In this document: positions 1 to 14,050 of the stretch, in pieces
How positions within the stretch are numbered: position 1 is the first letter of the stretch
How the letters are laid out: each line of letters begins with the position of its first letter
Assembly: GCA_905178155.1 (NCBI GenBank)
Contig: CAJINV010000005.1
Coordinates: 8,471,591 to 8,535,590, forward strand
Source: Amoebophrya sp. A120
Taxonomy: Eukaryota > Protista > Dinoflagellata
DNA length: 64,000 bases
Direction: 5' to 3'
Program-made: the position numbers and the translations under genes
Notes under the pieces: generated by a model
Seen by the model: the letters and a program-made list of their open reading frames with translations, nothing else
Databases searched by the model: none
What the model was told of the DNA's origin: nothing

Positions 1-199
1 CGGCATCATGGGTAGTCGAAGCCGATCCCCGGATCCGGTGTCTGCGTTTGCCGATGCGAGAACCGTAGCGCAGGAAAAAACGAAGTTCGCGATTACCAAT
101 TTGAACAGCAAGTTTCTGGCGAGCCACCCGTTGTACGGGGGATTGACAAGGGAGGATTGGGGCATTGTACCCGTGAAGGCGGAGGAGTCGCCTTATTGA
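1..199 (+). CDS. Probable 3' end of a gene starting upstream of the window (hypothetical protein)
   Basis: GC-rich open frame ...SAFADARTVAQEKTKFAITNLNSKFLASHPLYGG...ESPY* followed by AT-rich UTR-like sequence; same strand as all other genes. Confidence 0.4.
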   Translation, partial: GIMGSRSRSPDPVSAFADARTVAQEKTKFAITNLNSKFLASHPLYGGLTREDWGIVPVKAEESPY

Positions 200-1497
200 A
201 GTGGGAGTGAACAACGAACACATGGACATGTTAATGCGGCAACATGTCAGTACTTCTATGCATCGTCACAGACGGCTCTCTTACGGAAACGTGTAAGTAT
301 GTCTTGTTGAATTTACGATAAGATTTTTCTTCAATTGTTTTTCTCGCATACTAACGAACACAAGCAGATTTTCGATAATTTCCTCTAGAAACACGTATGA
401 ACCTTTCCGAGAAATCATTAATAGCACGACTTCGATTTTTCTTTGTATGCGAATGTGAATGCGATCACAATCTTCAGGTCGGTCGTTGGTATCTTTTAGC
501 GTGGTGTAATCTTCTTTTTGTTAATTTTTTGGAGATTCTGCTGGTTGAGCCCGATGAACATGATTTTATTGCTAACTATCATGCAAAATTTTTGTATGAG
601 CGCGACGTCCTAAGATCGCAATAAAGTGGTTTTCTTTTTTGAGTTACAAGCAATATTGGCGCATTGTGCCGAGTTCTTGCCATCAATCTGTTTATTACTA
701 TTGTGCATAGTTTTTTATCACGGTGGTCTAAACTGCTTTCTGTTTAACTTTCTGATTCTATTTTAGGCGGAGTTTCATCTATAGCAGCTGCAGCACTTAT
801 TGAGGTCGTTTCTGCATGATATCCTTCTTGCTTTGTTTCATTCAAACTGTACACAATTTGTTTCAAGAGTTGGATGCTGTACATTATACCAAGTTCGTTT
901 CCATTTATGTCAACGATCACTCTCATTGTCAACTTTCATCTCCCGCCATCTTACCACACGAGGAGAGGCCTATCCGTAATAATTGCCATTCGTCCACTTT
1001 TCGTCGTCGTATGAGGCTTGAGGGGAACAAGAATGCGGCGCAGCGAGAATTCCTAGCGTCATTCAGTTCGATCAGAGAAAACTTGAGCGGTACGGCTGGT
1101 GGAACAATTGGACGAGCTCAAAGTCATAGAAATCATTTTCTCGAGAGCGATCAGCGTTGCAGCAGCAATTGCAACGAGAGCCCACGACCGTGCCTACGTT
1201 AAGACCTTTGCAAGAGGTTGCAGCATTTGATGTGAACAATCGTGCCTCTGGACGACTGCAAGTGATTCAAGCACAAGATCACTCTTCCTCATTGAGATTT
1301 TTGTGAAAATGGTCGTACATTCAATGTCCCTCGTGTACCCCGCGCCGCAATTGTTCCGACGGTGGCAGACGGACATGGAATTGTTCATCCGAGCATCGCG
1401 TGTAGCCGGAGTTAGGGCACCTCCTGCTTTCCTCCGTCTTTTCGCAAGGAAAAGTTGCAGTTTCACATCTAAAGCGAAGGCCAGCCGCGGCCCGAAG

Positions 1498-4423
1498 ATG
1501 CTGCGCCAGGACCACTACCTCCGTCTCTTCGTGTTTCTGACGATTTTTGTTCTCGTAGTCGCGGCCGTGATCAACACCGACTTGCTCCACGACCACCACT
1601 TTGCGCAGCCAGTCTTCGCAATCGAACAGAAATCCATGCAGCAAGCTTCCCTGGTGCAGTCCCAGAATACCAAACATCTCCGCACAGAAAGAACAGGACA
1701 AGGCACGAGGTCTGCAACATCAGCAGCGTCGAATAGTAAAGCGCGAAGTACCATTTCCTCCGACGCTAGTACAGCAACATCCGCGTCGATGTTGGAACAA
1801 GACGCTGCAGCTACAGGAACATCAACCACAGCACAACAAGATGAAGACGTCACCCAACTTGTCGGCCAAGACCGGCCGGAGGACGAGGATTCCGGGAAGG
1901 AAATTATTTCCGGGCAACGGACTTACGAGCGGGAGAACACACCGACTTACGAGCCGAGCAGCATCCTATGCATTGCAAATGTGTCTGGGTCGGGAAGAGT
2001 GGAACTTGTAATGCTGACTGCGGATTCTAAAAACATTTGTGTTGCATGAGCAGCAAGAGGAGTCAGTTCTTGTTATGCGCAGAGGGCATTTCTCATGCGT
2101 CAGTAGCATCGAGAAGCTCTCAAAAAATCAGTGATGCCAGCATCAGCATCACAGACCTCACGGGTCATGCAAAATGTGCATGACAAGCCCCGACTCTTCC
2201 AGACCCAGACATATTTGCATTGGATACATCCGGCCGCCGATTGATTACGACCGGTTCCACAGCTACGGGCAACAGGTGTACATCCCCGATGGGACTGCGA
2301 GTGAAGAGGAAGTCGCGAACCACCAACTGCGACACAAACGAATGCTGTTTCAGCTGCAGATGGCGGAGCAGCTCGGGATGAAGGAGGAGGATATGAACAG
2401 CACAGGTGATCGAAACAACACGGACAGGAAAAAGTTCAAACTACCGTCAGTTGGCAACGTCGACGCGAGACAGACGCAGCGGAAACCCTACAATCTGGCG
2501 AAAGCGAGTTTGCCGTGGTCGGGCTACATCAAATTCTCCGACGTGCAGACTGGGCAGCAACAGTATAAATGAGATTTAAAAACTTATCATGCTGTACACA
2601 CACGACACAAAAGTGGAAGCAGCTTGCCTTGCATGATTTCACGCATGACAAAGACCTTTTCAAGTTACTGATCAACCCAAAAACCAAATCAAATCCCACA
2701 GCGACCTTTGCCTCGGCTACGTGGAGGACGCGAATATTTATCTCGGTGCGAAGCAAGCCCAATCCCAACTCGGAGATTTTGACGAGGTAAACATCCTGAC
2801 CTGGGGGTCCTGCCCGACCGCGAAATGGAGTTTGATCCCCCAGATGTTCCCGACCTACGACGGAAGATATTTGTTCAACATCGAGTGGAACCACACTGGG
2901 CTCTTCCTAGCCTCGTCCCGCTGCGAGCCGCCGGTCGGGTCCAACTTGTTATCCCTCGCGGCCTATTTGACGAACGAAACCATCGGAGCGGGCAAGAATA
3001 TTGCGTCGCTGATGGGCGATAGTGATACTAGTGCGGAGCAGAATGCTGGTGCGTCGAATTCAACCACAGACGGAGGTTCTTCTGCGTCCTCTAGTGCAGG
3101 AGCCGCGTCTTTGTCCGTGGAAGAGCAGCAACAACTGGCGAAGAAACTACTCCACTCCTGCTTCCAGTCTTTCCCGAAGGGTACGTATCCGATCTTACTT
3201 TCGCGAACCTCGCCCACTTTGTTCCAGCTAAAGTGGGACGGTACCTCTTTCCACCCGCGGATGTTCGAACTGCAGACGGCGTATGAGGAAGTCCCGGATC
3301 CGGATAAAAGCAATGTGAATGTGCACCTCGCACTGGACGAAACCAACCGGATGGTGCGGCACCGGTCGCAAACCGGGGGGACAGAACAGTTGAAGGTGGC
3401 GTTGTTTCCGCCGATCTACTGCGAGTGGGCGAATGACACGCTGTGCACCTACGAGGAGGTCAACGACTGGCAGTACGAGAAAAAGTTTGCGAAGAAGGGT
3501 TTGTTGGTGCTACTGACGAATCAAGTGAAGGAGTATGGTATAAACTAAAGTTGTTGCGTTTTTCTTTTTCATAATTAACTTTTTTGAAAAAGTTTAATGC
3601 AGTGATAAATACGGGAGTTACGCATCGTCCAGCTTCTGCAGCTTTCATGCACAGATGCATGTTTTTCTTCCGAGAGATGTTGTAGCCTCGTTGTGATTAA
3701 CACTTTCATATGTAGTCAGTGCATGCGATCAAAGAAGTGACTCCCCTCTACCACCCTAGTTTGACATTCGCATAGCATTTTACTCGAGAGAAATTTCATT
3801 TGATGATTGAGAAAAAAAACTCCAAATCAGTATCCATCGTGTTGTTCCACCCTTACTCCTACCTCTTCACGTTTTTCTACGCCATTGTGCTCGTCGCGTT
3901 GTATTTCTGTTGCAAGGGCGCAAGATTCCTCGTGAACCGGCACTACGCCCCGGGGGCGGTGAATCCAAAATCCGGCGGCACGGTGGCGCAGTTGGCGCAC
4001 GAAAGGTACCAACTACAACTCTCGGACATGGCTTTCGGCGTCCGCGCACACCCCCTGGACACACCGAGTACCAGCCGGTTTACGCATAGGAACAACGAGA
4101 AAGCGATCGAGGACCAAGAAGCGTTAGACGCGGCGCTCCCCGCGCCAGACCGCAGTACGAGATCAATCGGCGGGAACGTCGCGAGGGTGGGGTCGGTCAC
4201 GGTGACGGGATCAACATCTTCCGCGAATGAACAGGATAATGCAAATGAGCAAAGCAGGAATAGCGGTACTAGTCGAGCAAGTCGGAGAAGTTCAAAAAGT
4301 AAGAGGAATTTTGCTGAACTAAATCTAGAAGAAACAGCGGCGTTGTTAGGCGAGGACGACGCCAGCCCAGAAAGAAATTCAGTGTCGAGGAAGGGAAAGG
4401 GGAAGGGCAAGAAAGGAACGTGA
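1498..4423 (+). CDS. Hypothetical type I membrane protein (N-terminal hydrophobic signal, C-terminal TM and basic tail), 4 exons
   Basis: In-frame joins: introner 1967-2226 (EPSS|IRPPIDY), GT-AG 2563-2701 (GQQ|HDLCLG), GT-AG 3538-3830 (VKEY|VSIVLFHP). TM YLFTFFYAIVLVALYFCC. Frame is open from ~1303, so the start is uncertain. Confidence 0.75.
1967..2226. mobile_element. Introner family A (TIR TATnnnnTGCAAATATGTCTGGGTC)
   Basis: DR catcc/catcc. Confidence 0.95.
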
Positions 4424-5248
4424 ACGAAGAGGAAAACTTGAAAACTTCTTTCGCGTGCCTGTAAGATGATGAAACAAATTTATTAAAATGATCGTGTTTC
4501 GAATTATGCAGGGGCAAGAAACCGTATGGTCAGTAAAGTTTCCAAGAAGAAGAATTATATATTTGGTACTTTTTTAGTACAACTCTTCCACGAACACTTC
4601 ACAGTTTGTCTCAAGCTCTATCACGAGCTACACTCATCTGACTTGTTCCAGAAGGAAAGGCAGCGATCTTCTTCCCTCTCCTTGGGTTTTTAGACACAAT
4701 CGTGGTAAGTATGCACCGTAAAAACCCTAAACCGGTTCGTACTCGTAACTCGAAAATTTCGATGAGTCGCATGATTTGTCGTCGAGAGATAAGGCTGCAT
4801 GCTAAGTTCCTTAGTCTCTCGGGTGTTCTGTCGAAAATCGTATCAGCATGACTTCGTACGAATAGAGACGCGATCGCATAAAAATCATGTTTCGTTTCTT
4901 TCAATTTGTCGCTGAGAGAGGGTCGTGCTCGTGGTCGCAACCATGAACCATCGTGTTTTGCCTCTTCGAACTTTATCCTCGCACTCGCTTCGTATCATCT
5001 TGCAAATCGTCAGATGTGATTCAGAAGACAGTTGCAACGTGTCGTGTCAGAAAGAAGTAGTGATCTTCTACTAGCAGGCGTCCTAGTTGTCATAGTAAAG
5101 ACTAGAGCTTGCGATTGTGGTGTAGTAAAAAGTACTACCAAGCAGCCGCAAGAAAGAACAACTCAGCAGTGATGCGTTGAGAACAAATCTGCTATAGAGA
5201 AGCGTTGGAAGCTAACTTACTAAAATAATCGGCTAGACAAACAAGAAA

Positions 5249-8200
5249 ATGATTGCCACATCAGCGCAGCAAGCAGAACCGCAGCCAGCGACATCGTCGT
5301 CGCCTGCTGTGCCAGAGGAGGTCGTGGGTGCTGCCGCAGCTCCGGAGATCATGAACAGCATGGATATCGGCGGGATGAAGAACAATTCTGCAGAGGGAGG
5401 GGAGGCGCAGGTAAGTAATTGTATTTATGTTTTCGATCACATAATATGCTGGAACTTGTCATGCGCTTGGGCTTGGCCCAAAACTGAAGAATTCTGTCAT
5501 GCTTGAATTGCAATTAGTACCTACAGACACAAAGTCGAAGATATTCACTTTACCGACAGCAAATCATCCCGCAGCATTTGGACAACGGGAACAACCAAAA
5601 CACCGTATCCTAAGCAAAAACGTCTCCACCCCATAGTCAAGTTGGGAATCTTGCAACACAAATCTCCAAGTTTTGGGAGCTGTGCATCATGACAAGTTTC
5701 CCTCTGCAGTGTAGTACTGGTTGACAAGGGAAGCCGCATGAGAAAGCCACTTTCTCATCCTGTTTACAGCATTACAAATTCCAAAACACGATTGGAAATA
5801 CCTCTCGCTCTCATTGGAGCTGCGCATTACAAATGTTCCTGTCAGTGCACATTGGCATGACAGCCCTGGGGTGGGGACGTTTTTACTCAGGATACACCGC
5901 TTTCTCGCCCATCGATGTGGACGAGCAGCACAAAAATTTGCAGCAGCAACTGGCCCAGCTGCAGCAGTTGCAGTTCAACAACAAGTTTTGTTTTGAAAAC
6001 AACTTCCCCTTTTTCAACCTGATGAACAGCCTGCAGAACAACGGTACCGCAGCCGGTGCGACTAGTACTACCTATACGGGCGCAAACGCAGCCATCGGTG
6101 GTCCGATTTCGAATTCCACTACCTCCAACAGCTCCTCGAACGAGAGCCCGACGGAAGGTTTGACGATAGACGTCTCCAAACTGGTGAACTTTCTGTCCAT
6201 GTCCGCCGGGGCCGCAACCTCGCGGAACACCACCTCCACCACCGTTTCGGGCGCGACGTCTGCGGGGGGCGTTTTGAACGCTGCCAACATCGGCGCAGCC
6301 GCGATGGGAGCCGCGGGCGCGAATCCCATCACGAACAACGGCATGACCACCCACATCACGCCGACGGATTGCTCGCCCACAGATTCGGACATCAATGCGT
6401 TCAACATGCAGTTTTTCCAGAATCAGGTGCTGAATTTCCAACAAAATAACGCCCAGCAGCACTCATCTTCCCCAAACAATACTTTCGGGACGAACAGCGG
6501 TGTGGGGATTGGGACCATGAACGTCCAGAGTTTGGTGGAGCACCAGGAAAACAGTAAGATGGTGCACCGTGGTATGGTGTTCTCAACTGTTACACTCTCA
6601 GCTGTTGCGTGGATTTGTTACGCAAGAATGGGAAAAGTGAAAGGGGGAGGATTGCGCCTGTAGCATTACAAATTCCGGACAGATTTCGGTGCTGTGTAGC
6701 CCTAGGCAAAGTTGTCATGATGCGAAGCAGCTTGATCGGGTGGATGATGATGGTGCTTTTGCATGACAAACTCATGTAACAGTTGAGAATGTAACGGTTG
6801 AGAACCCCATACGTGGCGACAACAGTTCTTACCAGTTTCATCACAACATGCAGCAGCAGCAGATGCAAGGGACGAATGGTTATCAACAGTTCAATTACAA
6901 TCAGAACAACGGCGGGAATACTAACCACATGAACCACAACCGTTCGGGTTGTCGGGATAATCAGCACCAGATGCACAACAACTATCGTGGTGGTTCCCGA
7001 TCGAACTACCACTCCCGGAACCCGAGCCGGTCCGGCGAGCAACAAGGCTGCTCGTCATCCGAGCAACCAATGTACAACCAGCACCGCGAAAAATCGGTGA
7101 CCTACTGGAAGAACAAGCAGAAGGAAAACGGGCAGGGTGGCAACATGCAGACAAGCAACATCAACCGCGGTGGTTGTGGCACTAACCAAAATTCTACTGG
7201 CGGTTCCTGCGCAGCCCCGGGGTTCATCAATAATCAACAGCAGAATCAGACTACGACCAACTATGACACGTTCAACGGAAACAATAGTGGTTCTGGATAC
7301 AACAACGACCAAAATTACAACAACAACCAGCAGAACCAGTACAACAACTCGGACATGCAGAATAACATAAACCACAATCGGTGGAACACCCGTCCGGGAG
7401 GGAATCAGGGTGACAACGGAAACAACAACAATTGGGGAACAATGATGAATAACAACAACTCTTGGAACAACATCACAAATCAGAATAATTCCTACGGTAA
7501 CCAAAACCACAACCCGAATCAGCAACAGCAATTCCATCAAAACGATTTCTCTGTGAAAAAGTACCAGGAATTACTGCAAAAGTCCTACCACTCGATCGTC
7601 CCGGCGTCGAAGAATTTCAACCCGAGTATATGCATTGCAAATATGTCTAGGTCTGGAAACTTGTGATGCATGTCAGTGAGAAGAAAGCGCACTGTAATGC
7701 ACCGCCAGGCATGACAGATTTATCCTTGGCTCCGTGTTGCGTATTCCGCACGACAAACAGCGTTTTGGCATGACAGATAAGAGGAGCTCTTGCTGGCCAC
7801 GCAATACAGAGCTCAGTGTCATGCCCGACTAGCATGACAAATCCCGTATCCTTCCAGACCCAGACATATTTGCATTTGATAGAGCACGGATTTACCCAAG
7901 GACGGGCGGTATTCGCTGCAGAAGAAACCGACTATCAAGTGCAAATATCTATGCCTGGGTTTGGAAGAATGCAACTTGTAATGCTGCACTTGGATCCCAA
8001 AAAAATCTGTATTGCATGAGCAGCAAAGGCGGGAGTGTAATTTTTGCTACGCGGAGAGGGCATTAGCATTTGTCATGCGGAAGAGGCATCAAGAAGCCCT
8101 CAAGAAATATGTGATGCTAGGGCATGCATCACAGACATCATGGCTCATACAAAACTTGCATGACAAGTCTCAGAATGATTTCCAGACCCAGGAGACATAT

Positions 8201-9872
8201 TTGCACTTGATAACGACCTACTCGAAACAGAGTTTCCACTCAAAAAACACGACTGCTTCCTACAACGGGTCCGGTATGGGCGGGGATCATGGGGGAGATC
8301 AACATCAACCTGGGCACCAGAACTACAACGGAAATAATTCGCATCAGCCCAAGCGGTTCGTGTGTGTGTTCTGGATCTCGGAATGTACGACGTCCGATAA
8401 CAGTTACAACCACGGTGCTGCTTCCTACAAACAACACTATGGTTTTGGAAACAACAAGGAACAAAATCTCGACTTTGTGGTGGTCAAGCGGATCCTCGGG
8501 AAACACGGAAATTATGAATTGCAAAAGTATCGTACTCGTAGTAATTGCAGTCATGCGTTACAAATCCTTTGCCTTAACGTAAATCCGCATTACAAATTTT
8601 ATTTCTCATGCTGAAATGAAAATTTGTGATGCATTTATACGAGTACGATGCTTTTGCACAGGATAGAAACAACATGCGATCGATCTTCGAGGAGACCGGG
8701 TGCAATATGAGAGTGCGCAAGCCCCCCTCCTCCTCATTTGTATGGCATGAGCAGCAATACAAACACCAGCACATGTGGAGCCTATGCGTGACAAATTCAT
8801 GGGTCTCATGTAGAAGTACTGTTTGGGCTTCCAGAAGAATTTGTCATGCCAACAGTGCCACAAAGCAGCGACTGGGTTTAGGATTTTGCATCACAAATGA
8901 GGGCGGGGAGGCGGAGTTGTGCATTCTCATATGCAAGGTCCGGTTGCGCGGCCGGGGGTCCGGATTTTTGGAGGGACCGGATCGGAAGGAGTCGACGGAA
9001 CCCTTGCAGTTGCATGTTTCCTGCCTGGAGTATAGTTATTGATGTGGGTTGTTTGTTATGCGGAAAAATTTCAACTTTTTCGCAATATGGTGGAATGCAT
9101 TTTTGTCATTCAGGCGTTTCTTTGAATCACTTCACAGTCACAGAGCGGATTTGTCATGCATTTTCACACATCAATTCCAATTCAATATACAGGAACTTCG
9201 AGAAGTATCAGCAAGCGGTGGAGATGGTGACGAATTTGTTGACCGACATCTACTATGCATTGCAAATATCGATCTGGGTCTGGAAAAATTCCAACTTGTG
9301 ATGCAAACTCAGGATCTTACAGAAATTTGTGTTGCGTAAACGCCAAGACCGAGAGCCGCCAATTTTTTGCTAGGCAAATAGGGAGTTTCTTTCTCATGCA
9401 GCGCAGGCATGAAGAAGTAGCCCGCGCAAAACCTGTAATGCTTTTACGCGCATTCCAGATCAGCTGCTTGATGCGCAAGATGCATGACAAACAAGCGTAC
9501 TCTTGCAGACCCAGACCTATTTGCAGTCGATATCTACGATGGTTACAAGCGGTTCTGCAAGCGGCACAGCCTCCCGATCCCTACTGGTGAGGACCTGCAA
9601 GTTATGATGTTGAGGCAAAATATCATCTGATCTACTTGCTTCAGGAAGTCGAAGTTTGTGATGCGTGAATCGAAGGTGTTGCATGAAAGTTGAAAGAACA
9701 AACTCTGTGCCGCGCAGCTTTGCATCACAAATTCTTATACTGCTCGACGATGATGATGTTTTTGTCGTTCATAGAACTCCGTATGGAAGAGGTGCGACGG
9801 GATGATTTGAAGCAAGCCAATCAGGCGGCGCAGGTGCAGATCCCGGTCGCGCAGCAAGGAGTTGTGCAGTAG
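5249..9872 (+). CDS. KH-domain RNA-binding protein (SF1/BBP- or KHDC4-type KH) with long N/Q-rich low-complexity region, 11 exons
   Basis: Spliced product has VVKRILGKHGNNMRSIFEETGCKVRLRGRGSGFLEGPDRKESTEPLQLHVSC (GxxG loop, LRGRGS motif). GT-AG introns 5411-5526, 9030-9192, 9587-9774; 7 introners, all joins in frame. Confidence 0.9.
5606..5894. mobile_element. Introner family E (TIR TATCCTnAGnAAAAACGTCnCCACCCCA)
   Basis: DR caccg/caccg. Confidence 0.95.
6573..6811. mobile_element. Introner family I (TIR TATGGnGTTCTCAACnGTTACA)
   Basis: DR cgtgg/cgtgg. Confidence 0.95.
7629..7881. mobile_element. Introner family A
   Basis: DR gagta/gagca. Confidence 0.93.
7933..8212. mobile_element. Introner family A
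   Basis: DR ccgac/acgac. Confidence 0.93.
8513..8665. mobile_element. Introner family B (TIR TATnnnnTGCAAAAGTATCGTACTCGTA)
   Basis: DR gaaat/gaaac; at the end of the KH GxxG loop. Confidence 0.95.
8706..8931. mobile_element. Introner family C (TIR TATGAGAGTGCACAACTCCCCC)
   Basis: DR tgcaa/tgcaa. Confidence 0.95.
9254..9532. mobile_element. Introner family A
   Basis: DR tctac/tctac. Confidence 0.93.
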
Positions 9873-11817
9873 AGGGTTTGCATACGCACTTGATGACGTT
9901 GAGTTCTTCTATCTTGATTGCTCGTTGAAATTAAGCGAGAGGAAGAGTTTGAACTTAGGTTTACCACGAGCAACATGCCGCAGCTGCTATTCTTGAAATT
10001 GGCAGATGCGTAAAAAATTGAATGCTTTTACAAGAAATTAAGCACCGCAGTAGATACAACGACCGATGCAGGTATTGTAGTTATCGACATTGACTAGTAC
10101 GAAAAAAATGAAAAGTCAAGACGCAGTGAAAATTAGAATTCTGCGATTTTTATCGTATCATTTCTTCTTGAAATTAGGTATGTTAAGAAAATGGAAAGTG
10201 ATTTAGTACGACCAGATTCCTAGAAAACAGAACCGGATAGCAGACAGGATCAGACTTGACAGACGCTACAAATATTTCCTAACGTATGTTTTGAATTCAG
10301 ACTAATATTTATCATCATGGCCGCTGCAATCCAGTACGATTGGCGCGCTTGCGGCATCTCTGCTAGAATTTTATCAAAAGAATGTACAAAGTAAAAGAAG
10401 CGCACTTGCACTACTTGTTTTGAAATTTATATATTTTACACATCACAGCTACATCGATTTCTCTCCTAGCCCGAGTGGCTTCTATGCTTTATCTATTTGT
10501 AGAACACTTTTGTCTCACCACCGACCACATTCACGTACGTTTTCTGTTGTTGTAAAACTGTACCATTCTGAAATTTATTTCCCGATACGAACGACCTAGA
10601 CGTATTCGCTATCGCTAACTTTTGTAAATTCATTGAAGTTTCTGTCTCCTCAACTTCTAGAGGTCATTTCTATCACTGTTTTGTTTACCACTCTTGTTCA
10701 TGATTACAAAATTTGTTTCGACGACTCTTACGGCTTCACTACGACTACCATGTACGATTGAGATAACAGCCGCCCTAGTTCTACTGATCTTCTGAAAATT
10801 CATTGCTAAGATTTCTTTTGTACACAAATTCTAGCTAAATATCCTCAGATAGAGCCGAATAGCACTACATTCTAGGAGGACGAGTTTCACCGCTATCGAG
10901 GACATCCTCTCGCGGGGTTGGTTGTTGACGAGCAAACACAGCAGCAATATAAACTTTCCTTGATGCGAGAGCTGGGAAGGAGCTCTGTAGTTTATCCCGT
11001 CATCAGCAATCTGCGTGACGAGAAAGCAGCGGAGGTGGAAAATGAAGAGGAAATAAGTATCAGAAATCGAATTGTGCAAACTACTACTAAGTTATTTCCT
11101 ATGTCGTGCCACCGAAAAAAGGAAAGAGCGTCCTAGTAGTGCTGGACGCGCGGCGGGGTCCAGTTGTGGTGATGGTGCTGCCATGTTTTCACAAGTATTG
11201 TCGTGCTTTTCTCGAAGCAGAACGAAATGAACCACTGCATTCGCTCAGTCTCGTCGTCGTCATCGATACATATCTCTTGTCGCAGCTGATAGAAAGACCG
11301 TATTTACCGCGAGAGTGGGAGAGAAGAAGCTTTTCGTTTTCCAACAACTTAGCCCGTTGTTACACTGTAAATTGATCAAGCCATCGTGCACTTGCTGGAT
11401 GGTCTCGATTTTCACGATCAGCCTTTAAAGGAAAAAAGCGATCGTGACAACTCGTGCCTCTTCGTTCTAAATCGACTTCGTTTTCACGTTTGCTCGATCT
11501 CGTATCGCATCTTCAGAATGATCGCGATTTTTGACGATCGCTCTTTCTTTGTGGATCCCAATTTGTTCGAGAAGTTCGTGAACCTTTTTGTATACGAACG
11601 TTGAGTATACCTATTCTGCACATGTTGAATAACAACTTTTCTTAGCCACGAAAAAAGTTTTTTTCTGAAAACAACCACTACGTACGACAACCTGCTGAGC
11701 AGAGACAACCACCGAGTGAGCAGCAGCTCAAGAACCTTCAAACTCCTAACTGGTTTTCCGGAGCAGCTACCGGTTTGACTCCAATAAAACCAGCAGCAAC
11801 TACCCCCTGTCGACACG

Positions 11818-12659
11818 ATGCCGCAGTCTCCGTGCCTGAATGAGATCCTGGCCTCCCCGCTGGTTACCGGCGAAGGCCTGGGACTGGACCTGCCGAAGCC
11901 GGAGGTGTTTCAGGAGAACAAGAAGATCCAACTGGTCGAGTCGGTCGACGCTGGAAAGAAACTGTTCACCGAGTTTAAGCAGTCCGCGAGCAAGATGTCG
12001 GTGTTGGATTTTTCCGAATCCGAGATCGCGACCACGCCCTTGGACGCTCTGACCGACTGTATAATGATTCTGATAGTACAACTGATTTAGTGATCTGTCA
12101 TGTTGTATTGCTCTTGCTGCATGAATAAACCGTCTTTTCTTGCAAGGTGCGCATGACAAATCCAAATGTTCCTATCCATTATGAAAAAATCGAAAATCTT
12201 CACAGTGAAGTCGAAGAACTTCCCCTTCGATAAGGAGGCGGAGAAGTTTACTGCGGCCGGTTTTATGCGGGTTTTGAAGGAGCAGCGCGAGGAGAAAAGT
12301 ATACTTCGTTTTCTTTTGCAGTTTGTCTTTGTGCATGATACCCCAAAGATTAAGTACATCGTGACAAACAAGAACAACAAAACAAACTAACAGCCTGGGT
12401 CAAGCCGATTGCCCTGTCGCCCGCTATCTCAAAAGCGTCCTGCATGACCGCCGGTTCGGGAATGGCTGCGATTAAGGCCCCCTCGGTGGCGGGATTCGCG
12501 GTCAAGAATCGGGACTTGGCCAAGGCGGAGGAATTGAAGAAGGATGCGGTCAAGCGGTGGATCCAGGCGCAATTTTCTGCGATGAAGTTGCTCCCCACGC
12601 GGCGCGAGGTGATCGACGCGGTGGTCGAGATGGAGGAAAAACTGGACGGTTTGTTGTAA
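11818..12659 (+). CDS. Hypothetical protein, MP(Q/N)(S/T)P family member, 3 exons
   Basis: GT-AG introns 12059-12205 and 12299-12393 join three ORFs in frame; N-terminus similar to the genes at 17946 and 19898. Confidence 0.75.
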
Positions 12660-13187
12660 GGAAGAGAAGTCGCATTTGTTTTGAAATTGATTTGCACGGG
12701 CAACGATAATATTTAGATTTCTGCTTGACAGGACAATCGAAATGAAACTTCAAGTAGGATAGATCGAACAACACAATGCACAATCTCAATCTACTGGTAC
12801 TCCAACTTCATCTAGCTTTTATTACTATAACATCCTGGATATCGATACTTGTATTTACAACAAGCAAACATTGTTACTGTAGGGCTAGGACACTAACAAC
12901 GTTGTAACTTAAACAATCAAAAAAGTTTTCATCTTTCCTATCTTGCAAGACCTTTGATTTTGTGTTTCGTGGGGTGGAAAGGGGGAAGTGGAAAGCTCGT
13001 TGGTAATGCAGCGGCGCCGCTGCTTGTGCAGGCGCAGGGCTCGGGGCGACGGGATTGCTTTGCACAAAACATATGCGCAACCTTTGTAGCTTTCACGCAA
13101 AGATGCATTTTTCGGCAATATTTTGCAGCCGTCACGCAAAGAGTCATTTTTTATTGTCGGCACGCGATCAAGCATCAGGCATCTGGC

Positions 13188-13617
13188 ATCACCTGATATC
13201 ACCTGATATCACCTGATATCGCCTGATATCACCTTATATCACCTGATATCACCTGATATCACTTGATATTATCTGATATCACCTAATATCACCTGATATC
13301 ACCTAATATCACCTGATATCACCTGATATCACCTGATATCACTTGATATCACTTGATATCACCTGATATCACTTGATATCACCTGATATCACCTGCTATC
13401 ACCTGCTATCACCTGATATCGCCTGATATCGCCTGATATCACCTGATATCACCTGATATCACCTGATGTCACCTGGTATCACCTGATATCACTTGATATC
13501 ATCACCTGATATCACCTAATATCACCTGATATCACCTGATATCACCTGATATCACCTGATATCACCTGATGATATCACCTGATTTCACCTGATATCGCCT
13601 GATATCGCCTGGTGATA
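13188..13617. repeat. Tandem array of 10-mer ATCACCTGAT (~43 copies)
   Basis: Directly visible, with minor variants such as ATCACTTGAT and ATCGCCTGAT. Confidence 0.97.
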
Positions 13618-13625
13618 TGCCGCCG

Positions 13626-14050
13626 GCCTGGGCAGGTGACCTGCCTCTGACCTGGGCAGGTGACCTGCCCCCGACCTGGGCAGGTGACCTGCCTCTGACC
13701 TGGGCAGGTGACCTGCGCCTGCTCTAGGCAGGTGACCTGCCCCTGCTCTGGGCAGGTGACCTGCCTCCGCTCTGGGCAGGTGACCTGCATCTGACCGGGG
13801 CAGGTGACCTGCCTCTGACCTGGGCAGGTGACCTGCCTCCGACCTGGGCACGTGATCTGCCTCCGACCTGGGCAGGTGACCTCCTGCCTCCGACCTGGGC
13901 AGGTGACCTCCTGCCTCTGACCTGGGCAGGTGACCTGCCTCCGACCTGGGCAGGTGACCTGCACCCGACCTGGGCAGTTGACCTGCCTCCGACCTGGGCA
14001 GGTGACCTGCTCCCGGACCTGTGACAGGTACCTGTGACAGGTACCTGCTG
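13626..14050. repeat. Tandem array of 24-mer GACCTGGGCAGGTGACCTGCCTCY (~16 copies) with internal palindrome GGCAGGT-G-ACCTGCC
   Basis: 24-bp period visible; it generates the spurious GRRQVTCP-repeat ORFs. Confidence 0.95.

Noticed and set aside
3800-4423. Stand-alone 207-aa gene
   Set aside because: A GT-AG intron at 3538-3830 joins it in frame to the upstream gene, so it is better read as the last exon.
13188-14050. CRISPR-like array
   Set aside because: Units abut with no unique spacers, there are no cas genes, and the context is eukaryotic.
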